This document shows, in pieces, positions 8,404-15,734 of a DNA stretch of 28,530 nucleotides. This stretch comes from a virus (lineage: Duplodnaviria > Caudoviricetes), in IMG/VR virus record IMGVR_UViG_3300014885_000011, positions 1 to 28,530 of that record; one strand, written 5' to 3'. Below the pieces are notes generated by a model, which was not told where the DNA came from, searched no databases, and was given only the letters and a program-made list of their open reading frames with translations. The position numbers were made by a program, and so were the translations under genes. The number at the start of each line of letters is the position of its first letter. Positions within the stretch are counted from its first letter, which is position 1.

Positions 8404-8694
8404 GTCGCGGTTGGGGATGGGGGAGGTCGACATTATGGCCGAGGCGGCGGCCCTTGGGGTACCCCCTAAAACGGCGAAGAGATCCGGATAAGCTCAACTT
8501 ATAACCTAGGTAGCGAAGAGATCCGTAGCTCACCCTGCACCGCGGTAACAAGCGACCCACCGTGGTAACAAACGTGGTAACTCACACTTACCACAACTCG
8601 AAAACACATACACATCAAACACTTACCTGCTGAGTGTGGCAGAGGGGGGAACTGCCATACCAAGCGCAAGGTAGGCGTGTGCGCGTCTTTGGCT

Positions 8695-8755
8695 GCTCGA
8701 ATCGGCGACTCGGAGGCGCTCATCGCTCGAATCGGCGACTCGGAGGCGCTCATCG
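8695..8755. repeat. 30-bp tandem duplication GCTCGAATCGGCGACTCGGAGGCGCTCATC
   Basis: Two identical adjacent copies read directly. Confidence 0.92.
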
Positions 8756-8762
8756 GGGTCCT

Positions 8763-8817
8763 AACCGCCATTTTTCGCATTGTGAACCGCCATTTTTCGC
8801 ATTGTGAACCGCCATTT
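8763..8817. repeat. 22-bp tandem repeat AACCGCCATTTTTCGCATTGTG x2.5
   Basis: Copies at 8763 and 8785, partial at 8807; related AAACCACCATTT near 8938. Confidence 0.92.
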
Positions 8818-8993
8818 CACAATGTGAAATGCGATTGCCTAAAAATGAGGCAATTTGTCTTTTTCTGCACCTAGCTGGGCAGTATCGTAGTCTTGACACT
8901 GATATATCCTCGTCCACAGCCCTATAATTTAATTTGTAAACCACCATTTACACCACATATCTAGTTAGTTACCCCTTCCTTATATGCAGGAGG

Positions 8994-9035
8994 AGACCGC
9001 CTAGGACCTAGTGTCCACTAGGTCCCTAGCGGTCT
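8994..9035. repeat. 20-bp near-perfect inverted repeat (cruciform/hairpin)
   Basis: AGACCGCCTAGGACCTAGTG-tc-CACTAGGTCCCTAGCGGTCT. Confidence 0.85.
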
Positions 9036-9370
9036 ACGTTTGTCATGCGTCATATATGACCTGTCATGTCTCGCGCGCATAATGCGCACGCACGTATACG
9101 CGTGTACACACGCGTGTATCGCGTGCGCGCGCCCGTGCGCCTGCGGGTTTAGTGAATTAACTAGAACATCGGTGTAAAAGGGGCGTTTCCTTTACAATCA
9201 GCACGTTATTGAAGAGGATAATACAAAATCAAGAAAACCCACTTTGGTGCAAAAAGGGCGAATTGTTCTAAATCAACAACTTAACATTTTATCGAATGAC
9301 TATGATACACACTGTTTTTGCAAGCCTGAATTACAACGTTTGTCATGCGTCCTAAACTTTCCTGCACAAC

Positions 9371-9429
9371 CGTGATTTAATTGACAAATCTTTTTGCGCA
9401 GCAAGCCGATAATAAACACATCAACCAAC
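9371..9429 (+). promoter_or_regulatory. Early promoter copy 1: CRP-like box, 21 bp, GATAAT -10
   Basis: CGTGA-TTTAAT-TGACA followed after 21 nt by GATAAT; homologous to copies at 9918 and 11752. Confidence 0.7.
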
Positions 9430-9445
9430 GCACAAAGGAAACGAG

Positions 9446-9646
9446 ATGAAAGTAGCCCTTAAAACCATGGCGGTAACTGGCGGAAACTATTCCCGCACAG
9501 TTTCTGAACTCAATTGCGCAGCTTACTCAGCTCACTTCGACAATTTAGACGCCCCACAATACTCCCCGTGTGGATCTCACAACAGCTACGACGTAACCGA
9601 TTGGAGGGGTAATCCGCTCCCCGCAGTCGCCGTCGTACTACGCTAA
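9446..9646 (+). CDS. Hypothetical early protein (66 aa)
   Basis: AAGGA RBS; first ORF after promoter copy 1. Confidence 0.65.
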   Translation: MKVALKTMAVTGGNYSRTVSELNCAAYSAHFDNLDAPQYSPCGSHNSYDVTDWRGNPLPAVAVVLR

Positions 9647-9703
9647 CCCTACAAACCTCGCCTTGGGGCTGTAATAAAGCCCTAAGGCCATCTGGAGATC
9701 AAC

Positions 9704-9916
9704 ATGGCACGCACATCCAAGAAATCCCTAAACCTGATGCAACACCCCGAGCGCTTTCTGGTCGAGGCGCACGGCGCCGCGCAAAAAGCAGCGGATTTAA
9801 CTGACCTACCGCAAACCGTCTTCTACCACGCGGAAATCGGTTACTCGCACACCCAACTATCCTGCTACGGCATACAAACTTTTACGACGTGGCTACCCTT
9901 AGACTTTTTTAACTAG
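9704..9916 (+). CDS. Hypothetical early protein (70 aa)
   Basis: GGAG RBS; fills the space up to promoter copy 2. Confidence 0.7.
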   Translation: MARTSKKSLNLMQHPERFLVEAHGAAQKAADLTDLPQTVFYHAEIGYSHTQLSCYGIQTFTTWLPLDFFN

Positions 9917-9917
9917 G

Positions 9918-9976
9918 CGTGAATTAATCCACAAAGCTTTTTGCGCAGCGAGCCGATAATAGCTACATCAACCAAC
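9918..9976 (+). promoter_or_regulatory. Early promoter copy 2: CRP-like box, 21 bp, GATAAT -10
   Basis: CGTGA-ATTAAT-CCACA, 21 nt, GATAAT, AGCTACATCAACCAAC. Confidence 0.7.
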
Positions 9977-10002
9977 CAGCAACCAACCTACGGAGACCAG
10001 AC

Positions 10003-10194
10003 ATGATCGTATCTACCAAAACCGCCAAACGCATGATCGCTTCCGGACGCGCCGCAGTAGTGGGCCTGTGCTACGACCCCGAGAAAGACAGCACATATGC
10101 AATCCTCAACAACACCCACGCGCAGCGCACCGATCACTACATGCTCGCCTCTGGAGACATACGGCCCGCTGAAGAGCATGCTCAAGCTAATTAA
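10003..10194 (+). CDS. Hypothetical early protein (63 aa)
   Basis: GGAG RBS; first ORF after promoter copy 2. Confidence 0.7.
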   Translation: MIVSTKTAKRMIASGRAAVVGLCYDPEKDSTYAILNNTHAQRTDHYMLASGDIRPAEEHAQAN

Positions 10195-10222
10195 GCGCAC
10201 CGATCACAACGGAGAAAACGAG

Positions 10223-10417
10223 GTGAAAACCGGCGAAATCTACAAGGTAGTCAAATCAACCCCATGGGCTGATCTGATGGTCGGCGAGACTTACCGCGCA
10301 TCAGTCAGCCACGCATACGTATGCTTGCACAATGTGAAGAGTGGGGTAGGCACCTACGTACGCAAACACTTGATCGACAGTGCCACGATAATCCTGCAAA
10401 AGGTACGCTCAACATGA
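10223..10417 (+). CDS. Hypothetical protein (64 aa, beta-rich)
   Basis: GTG start with GGAG upstream (MKTGEIYKVVKSTPW...); 3' part of ORF 10097..10417. Confidence 0.6.
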   Translation: MKTGEIYKVVKSTPWADLMVGETYRASVSHAYVCLHNVKSGVGTYVRKHLIDSATIILQKVRST

Positions 10418-10626
10418 TTGCCTATATGGAGCTTGACGAAATGCGTGATGCACTCTTGCGCCATCATAGCGCCTATGTGCATAATAGACGCTGGCAGGCA
10501 CGCTGCTGGCGATACTTGCGGGGAGCAGATGATCTGGAAGCATGTTTTCGCGAGATTGCAGTGCGCACCCCGCGCGTGCTGGAGGGACAGACACTTGATC
10601 AAGCTTTCGCGGAGATAGCGAAATGA
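10414..10626 (+). CDS. Hypothetical protein (70 aa)
   Basis: ATGA overlaps with both neighbours (MIAYMELDEMRDALL...). Confidence 0.6.
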   Translation: MIAYMELDEMRDALLRHHSAYVHNRRWQARCWRYLRGADDLEACFREIAVRTPRVLEGQTLDQAFAEIAK

Positions 10627-10898
10627 GCGAGAAACAGCAACCAGAAGCACCCACAGCCGAAGGCAATCCCAGGGCTGCCGATATCTGCCTCCAGTGCGTG
10701 AGCTACACGCGAGCCGACGTCAAAGACTGCACAGCAGCAATCGGTTGCCCGTTATGGCCTTATCGGATCGCAGAATCATCAATGAGTCGCGTTGTGGGAT
10801 TGCTGGCCTTCGCCCTGTGCATGTTCGCCCTTCTCGCCACGCCGGTCTCGCTTGTCGTGGCGCTTTTAAACCCGGACTTGGGGATACAGTCATGGTAA
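10623..10898 (+). CDS. Small Cys-motif (putative Zn-binding) protein with C-terminal transmembrane segment
   Basis: ICLQC...VKDC....GCPLWPYR motif common in small phage proteins, then VVGLLAFALCMFALLATPVSLVVALL. GGAG RBS. Confidence 0.65.
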   Translation: MSEKQQPEAPTAEGNPRAADICLQCVSYTRADVKDCTAAIGCPLWPYRIAESSMSRVVGLLAFALCMFALLATPVSLVVALLNPDLGIQSW

Positions 10899-11125
10899 AT
10901 CGTGAAGAATGTCGTAGCGACTACGACGCAGCAAACTATGTCGAGCAAGCGCGAATCGCAGCACTGCAGCGCGCGCAACTCTGCCACCGTTCAGCACTCA
11001 TGGCACGGCAGATGCGTGAGCATAACGCACAGATCCGCAGAGAAGCGCGGATCGATCGCATTGTCCTTTGGGTTGTGGTGTGGGCTCTGATAGCCACCGC
11101 CCTCGCGTTCTACCTTAAAGGCTAA
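10892..11125 (+). CDS. Hypothetical protein with C-terminal transmembrane helix (77 aa)
   Basis: MVNREECRSDYD...IVLWVVVWALIATALAFYLKG; 3' part of ORF 10694..11125. Confidence 0.6.
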   Translation: MVNREECRSDYDAANYVEQARIAALQRAQLCHRSALMARQMREHNAQIRREARIDRIVLWVVVWALIATALAFYLKG

Positions 11126-11143
11126 AGAGCAGGGGGGTAAACG

Positions 11144-11581
11144 ATGGTTAAACTCTGGGATGAGCCACTGGCTACCCGGCCAATCCATCAGCGCGACATC
11201 GGACCGACGGAAAAAGCACTATTCGTCAACGGCGAACGCATAGACGCCGTGATCCTGATGGTGGCGCCACGCATGGTGCGCGTATTCGACGTGCAGCGCC
11301 GCGAGCCCCGCACGTTCGGCAGGCCGGGCGTTAGCATTCTGACCGTCCAGGCGGCGCCGAAGGCGGCATTGCCCAGGACCTACACAAGGCGCGCCTACTG
11401 CATCAAGCCCGGTACGCTCAATCAGATAGCGGCGCGGGACTTCCCATGCGGCTGCGGGACTGTGGTGGCGCGTGGCGCATGGTTTCGACTCGGGCCTGTG
11501 GCGGGGCATAGGACGTACGTTGCGCAATGCGCACTGTGTGTGCGAAAGGAAAGCCACAGTGATGACAGCCCAAACAGGTAA
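11144..11581 (+). CDS. Hypothetical protein with C-terminal CxCG...CxxC Zn-ribbon-like motif
   Basis: AGGGGG RBS; FPCGCG...QCALC. Confidence 0.6.
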   Translation: MVKLWDEPLATRPIHQRDIGPTEKALFVNGERIDAVILMVAPRMVRVFDVQRREPRTFGRPGVSILTVQAAPKAALPRTYTRRAYCIKPGTLNQIAARDFPCGCGTVVARGAWFRLGPVAGHRTYVAQCALCVRKESHSDDSPNR

Positions 11582-11756
11582 CGCGCTTGCTGCGACGCTG
11601 GAAACGCTGGCCAAGAAATGTCGGGCAGGAGAGATCGACTTGGTAGGCGTTGTATTTTCCGGGTCAGCCTCTATCAGCGATCGACTCCGCGTTGAGATCT
11701 CACAATTGCAATTAACTGTGCACGATAAAAATAAATACGACATCCGCCGAATGTGA
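11562..11756 (+). CDS. Hypothetical protein (64 aa)
   Basis: AAGGA upstream; MTAQTGNALAATLETLAKKCRAGEIDLVGVVF... Confidence 0.55.
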   Translation: MTAQTGNALAATLETLAKKCRAGEIDLVGVVFSGSASISDRLRVEISQLQLTVHDKNKYDIRRM

Positions 11757-11813
11757 ATTTATTCACTAAAGCTTTTCCTTCTTCGATTGATAATAGCTAC
11801 ATCACAACCAGCA
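11752..11813 (+). promoter_or_regulatory. Early promoter copy 3: CRP-like box, 21 bp, GATAAT -10
   Basis: TGTGA-ATTTAT-TCACT (9/10 match to TGTGA-N6-TCACA), 21 nt, GATAAT, AGCTACATCA. Confidence 0.72.
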
Positions 11814-11827
11814 CAGAGAAACAGAAA

Positions 11828-12193
11828 ATGACAGCTAAAAAATTAATATTTGCAGCGATGACGGCAGTTTACGCCGTTTTCGCGCCGCCACCCCACGCGC
11901 ACGCGGACTACACATCGAAAGCAGTGGACGGATCAGAGATAACCGCCTTCGAAGAAGATGTCTACTACAACCCTGACAATAACACCATCGCTTTTCGCCA
12001 AGCAGCCGGGAAGGCAAGCGCGATTACTGTGTTTCATTGCGACACTAAGAAATACGTAATGACCGAGAATGAGGGAGAAACGTGGTCTAAACCGCGCTGG
12101 GCCATACCAGACTCAGTCGCCCGCGACCAAGGAGGGTACATGTGCAACAAGTACCGGCAGCAGCGCAGTAAGTCCATTTATACTCCGATGTAG
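11828..12193 (+). CDS. Exported protein with signal peptide, possibly surface-adhesin E-like
   Basis: MTAKKLIFAAMTAVYAVFAPPPHAHA signal-like N-terminus; FHC...W...IPDSV......MC two-Cys pattern. The ORF-track start at 11753 lies inside the promoter. Confidence 0.65.
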   Translation: MTAKKLIFAAMTAVYAVFAPPPHAHADYTSKAVDGSEITAFEEDVYYNPDNNTIAFRQAAGKASAITVFHCDTKKYVMTENEGETWSKPRWAIPDSVARDQGGYMCNKYRQQRSKSIYTPM

Positions 12194-12203
12194 GAGTCAA
12201 ATA

Positions 12204-12395
12204 ATGCGCTATAGAGCTACCATGAAACTGAAAAGCACGGGCAACGCCTGGCTTTACATGTTCGCTGCGCCTAACGACAGCACAGCATGCTTCGCTGCAC
12301 GCACTCGGGCTAACGTTCTGCGATCGTGGGTCGTGAAGCTTGAAGAGATGCCGGACGCGCCGCTACAATCCCGCAACGTATTTGAGAATGTTTGA
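12204..12395 (+). CDS. Hypothetical protein (63 aa)
   Basis: AGGAG RBS; MRYRATMKLKSTGNAWLYMF... Confidence 0.65.
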   Translation: MRYRATMKLKSTGNAWLYMFAAPNDSTACFAARTRANVLRSWVVKLEEMPDAPLQSRNVFENV

Positions 12396-12433
12396 GGAGT
12401 TGGCTAGCAAAGTGACTCTCAGCTAGCATCTGT

Positions 12434-12510
12434 CCTGGCATCAAGCCGCGCCTGACGAGGCTGCAACACAGCCGAAACCGAGTAGGTAGCGCGGAGTCCC
12501 CACAGCCAGG
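12434..12510 (+). ncRNA. Type I hammerhead ribozyme; predicted cleavage 3' of A12488 (GUA triplet)
   Basis: Stem I CCGCGC(12446-51)/GCGCGG(12489-94); core CUGACGA 12452-58; stem II GGCUG/CAGCC with CAACA loop; GAAA 12474-77; stem III ACC/GGU with GAGUA loop; distal stem I CCUGGC/GCCAGG. Confidence 0.92.
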
Positions 12511-12569
12511 GAATAAATGGCGGACCAAGGAGTCACACTCCTCAAACATTCTCGGAGACAGACAGCATC

Positions 12570-12845
12570 ATGAAAACAGCGGCGATGGGCAATGAACTGA
12601 CAAGGCGCAATGCAGCGTTCGCCGAACGAATGGGTCAAGCGATGAACAGTGCGCCGATGGTTATCAACGCACAAATCATTCACCTGCTCGGCATGCTAGA
12701 CCTTGTCGAACTCTTGTCGACAAGAGCTCTACAAGCGGATGACACTGAATCGCTGAAGATGTGCAAAGACTTGGCAGCAGAAGCCGGTAGCATCATGCAG
12801 GTACTAGATGCAACACTTACGGCGTGCTATGGAGTGAGGCAGTGA
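12570..12845 (+). CDS. Hypothetical helical protein (91 aa)
   Basis: GGAG immediately 3' of the ribozyme-enclosing stem. Confidence 0.65.
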   Translation: MKTAAMGNELTRRNAAFAERMGQAMNSAPMVINAQIIHLLGMLDLVELLSTRALQADDTESLKMCKDLAAEAGSIMQVLDATLTACYGVRQ

Positions 12846-13030
12846 ACTCCTACGCGAATGAGTACCTGACAATGATTGAGGATTGCGAACGCAGAGAAGA
12901 TCGCTTAACCGACTGGGAGCGCGGGTTTATCGACTCGCTCAGGCACCGGTTGGAGGCAAACAACTTCCTCACCTTCAAACAAACTGCCTTGCTTGACGAT
13001 ATTTGGGAACGCGTTACCAAGAAGGGATAA
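12842..13030 (+). CDS. Hypothetical phage protein (LTDWERGFIDSL...LTxKQ motif)
   Basis: GTGA overlap and GAGG RBS; small helical motif recurrent in phage proteins. Confidence 0.7.
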   Translation: MNSYANEYLTMIEDCERREDRLTDWERGFIDSLRHRLEANNFLTFKQTALLDDIWERVTKKG

Positions 13031-13031
13031 C

Positions 13032-13106
13032 ATGGGCCCAATGGAATTCTTTGTGGTTATCGTTCTTGTGTTTATCATGATTGGCGTATTTATGTGGTAT
13101 AAATAG
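13032..13106 (+). CDS. 24-aa hydrophobic membrane peptide
   Basis: MGPMEFFVVIVLVFIMIGVFMWYK; AAGGG RBS; exactly fills the gap to the convergent gene. Confidence 0.5.
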   Translation: MGPMEFFVVIVLVFIMIGVFMWYK

Positions 13107-13433
13107 CTAGTACATCCGCCTACGGCCTATCCATCTAAGATAGGCCGCCTCCGCTTGCGCCGCGGTCATTTTCTTCGACGCTCGCATGTCAGCATCAAAC
13201 ATCCCTGGTATCAGGCGTATCCCACTGAAATACATTCTCCCTGTGGCGCCGTTCTTCTCCACGACGTAACGCGCCTGTAGCCTGCGCCCGAGGTGTGCTT
13301 GCGTCGGCGCGAACGTGCGGCGCACGTTGCTATCCGCCCAGCGGTACCACGCATGCCAGGCGTCTCCAGCGTCAAGCTTATGTCTCTCACCTAGCTGGCA
13401 GCAATCGCGAATGAAACTGGACAAGATGTCCAT
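13107..13433 (-). CDS. Stand-alone protein resembling the C-terminal winged-helix domain of D5/P4-type primase-helicases
   Basis: ILSSFIRDCC......DAGDAWHAWYRWA...TQAHLGRRLQ......G...YFSGIRL. ATG at 13433 overlaps the primase stop (TAATG). Confidence 0.65.
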   Translation of the reverse strand: MDILSSFIRDCCQLGERHKLDAGDAWHAWYRWADSNVRRTFAPTQAHLGRRLQARYVVEKNGATGRMYFSGIRLIPGMFDADMRASKKMTAAQAEAAYLRWIGRRRMY

Positions 13434-15730
13434 TACACGAACAGCTTTTCCGGATCTAGATCGCCGATGCTGTACCAACGTAGTTCGCCACGCCTTTTAA
13501 CTGGCGCCCATCCAAGCGCGTAGAGCGCACGGCGCAGGCGAGTTTTTGCAGTGTGTGCAGCCGCGCCGTCCAGGCACATGGCAATCATGAGTTGGCTGTA
13601 TGTGTAGCCGTTATCGAGATCCGGTGACCGGATCTCGGAGAATTGCTCACCGGCCGATAGCCAAGCTGCGAGACGTTCACGCAGCGGATCGTAATCCTCA
13701 TACTTGAAGTGTTCGAAGCGCGCAAGGCGCTCGGCTTCTCCGTAGTCTATGCCCTTCACCGCGAACGCTTCACGAGCCTCTGCCCATAACTGCTCACGAT
13801 CGCGCTCGGCTGCCTCGACATCGAGCCGACCTACTGTAATCGGTAACCATCTTCGCTCGCCTGTCGGATCTGCAAGGAATTCACTGTCGTTCGTGGTGCC
13901 AACAATCAGACAGCGTCGTGGGTTGCGGAATCTGCTCTCGTGGAATTTCTTGGTCCATTCGTCGCTCTTGTTCGTTATCCATTGCTTGATGTTCTCTAGC
14001 GTCGCGTGACGCAACCCGCGCAGCTCGCCAAGCTCGACTACTAGCTTACCTACAAGCGCGCGGCCTTTTTCAGCCTGTGGCGCGGCAAGATCGACCTCGC
14101 CAAAGTAGCGCTCATCGGGGACAATGTTGCGAAATAGCGAGGTTTTCCCTACACCTTGCTCGCCTACCAGGATGGGCACCATGTCGGCCTGAATGCCAGG
14201 CACCAGCACGCGACCAGCAAGCGCGGTCCAAGTATAGCGCCCCAAGGCACGAGCATAATTCGTCGGCTCGGTATCGGCGTAGCTGTGAAAGAATTCCGCT
14301 ATGCGCTCCCGCCCGTCCCACACCAACGAGTTTAGCCAGTCTTGAGCCCAATCGTAGGTGCTGCGCGACGCCGCATGCCTCACGACTTCTCGCAGCGTCG
14401 CGCGCTTCATGCTCTCATATTCTTTGTCGCGCTCAAGCGATGCTGCAATCGCAGTTAAATCGTGATCCAGATCGAGCTCGCGCCAGACTCCTACACCGTT
14501 GTTCAGCGGGCGCCATTCGATCGTGTCATTAAAGCTATCGTAGCGCAACTTAAATGCCGCCTCATTGCACAAGCTTGTGACGAGATTGGCGTAAGTGACT
14601 TCTTTCAACCCTCGCTTGCTCTCGCGATAGATTGCGAGTTCCGGCAATTGCTGATCGAATGCACTAGCAGGCAGGCGCTTGACGAGAATTGAGGGGGGAA
14701 CTCCCAAAGCTTTCAGGAATTCCCCCTGCGAAATACCTTGACAATGCCCGTGCAAGCAGATAAATCGGCCATGCATCTCGTCGTGCCCAGGGATATAGAC
14801 TGTAGCTGTACTCCCCGGCGCGTCCGGCTCGGTGTGCTGCTCGTGGCGCGGGCACTGCACGACAAGCCAGCCGCGGGATTGCGTTTCCTTGATAGCGTTG
14901 CGAGCGCTCAGCATTTGCGCTACCGGATCTTTGACTGCTGCGTTTAGCGGCACCTCGCCCAAGTCAGCCAGGCTATCTTGGGGCTCAATGCCGGGATCCA
15001 GATCAAGAGCTAGCTCGTCGCCGTGAATACCGCGCACTAGCCCTGAGCGCTGCTTGATTGGGTCGAGGATACCAGGTTCGAAAACAGGGTCGGCCGTGAA
15101 ATGCTCTTGGATCGGATTGAAAACTGAGGTATCCAGCTCGATCGGGCATGTTTTCGCCCAGGCCTTGAGCTGCGCTGCGCTCGCCGGCTCGGAAAGCCAA
15201 AACCACAAGTGTGCCTTGAGTGTGTCCTTGTTCTTTTTGGACCCCGCGCTATTCGAGAGCTGCCAATAGAATGTTATGTCATGGAAAGCGTCAGGGAGCA
15301 GCTGCAGGTAAGAGTCGATAGCGGGCAAAGCATTTTGCGCTGCGTCGACGTAGCTGAATTTATCGACGTCGATCATCATCCAGTAGCGCGGTACATCTTC
15401 GAAGAGTACCTTGAGCCGGCGCACTTTGTTAGATGTGTGCCCCTCGACTCGCAAGCGCGCTTCAGCGTGGCCGACAAAACTGCCGCGAACGACACATGAA
15501 CGGTGCTCTACCGCCAGCAAGTTAAGCTCCCCCGCAAGGCTGTCTATGCACGTTACCTCAACTTCACGCCAGCGAAAATGTTTGGCGAGTCCTCCACACT
15601 GAATTCCTTGCGCTGTCCATGTCTTGCACAACGACACAGTCGAATGTGTAAGAATTGGCAGAGCATCGCAGCCCTTGTGCGTGCGAATCCGTTGTGGCTC
15701 GCGGAACAAATCGAGCCCTGTTGGGGACAC
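13433..15730 (-). CDS. Primase-helicase: N-terminal primase-like domain, Zn motif, VirE/VapE-type helicase
   Basis: IDVD and KAHLWFWL primase-like motifs; CP...QHT...CLHGHC; WDGRER; Walker A GEQGVGKT; VELGEL; GTTNDSEFLADPTGERRW; DREQLWAEA. Confidence 0.9.
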   Translation of the reverse strand: MSPTGLDLFREPQRIRTHKGCDALPILTHSTVSLCKTWTAQGIQCGGLAKHFRWREVEVTCIDSLAGELNLLAVEHRSCVVRGSFVGHAEARLRVEGHTSNKVRRLKVLFEDVPRYWMMIDVDKFSYVDAAQNALPAIDSYLQLLPDAFHDITFYWQLSNSAGSKKNKDTLKAHLWFWLSEPASAAQLKAWAKTCPIELDTSVFNPIQEHFTADPVFEPGILDPIKQRSGLVRGIHGDELALDLDPGIEPQDSLADLGEVPLNAAVKDPVAQMLSARNAIKETQSRGWLVVQCPRHEQHTEPDAPGSTATVYIPGHDEMHGRFICLHGHCQGISQGEFLKALGVPPSILVKRLPASAFDQQLPELAIYRESKRGLKEVTYANLVTSLCNEAAFKLRYDSFNDTIEWRPLNNGVGVWRELDLDHDLTAIAASLERDKEYESMKRATLREVVRHAASRSTYDWAQDWLNSLVWDGRERIAEFFHSYADTEPTNYARALGRYTWTALAGRVLVPGIQADMVPILVGEQGVGKTSLFRNIVPDERYFGEVDLAAPQAEKGRALVGKLVVELGELRGLRHATLENIKQWITNKSDEWTKKFHESRFRNPRRCLIVGTTNDSEFLADPTGERRWLPITVGRLDVEAAERDREQLWAEAREAFAVKGIDYGEAERLARFEHFKYEDYDPLRERLAAWLSAGEQFSEIRSPDLDNGYTYSQLMIAMCLDGAAAHTAKTRLRRALYALGWAPVKRRGELRWYSIGDLDPEKLFV

Positions 15731-15734
15731 GGCG

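Noticed and set aside
8375-8947. Short ORFs in the control region
   Set aside because: They are translations of tandem repeats with no RBS; a non-coding reading is simpler.
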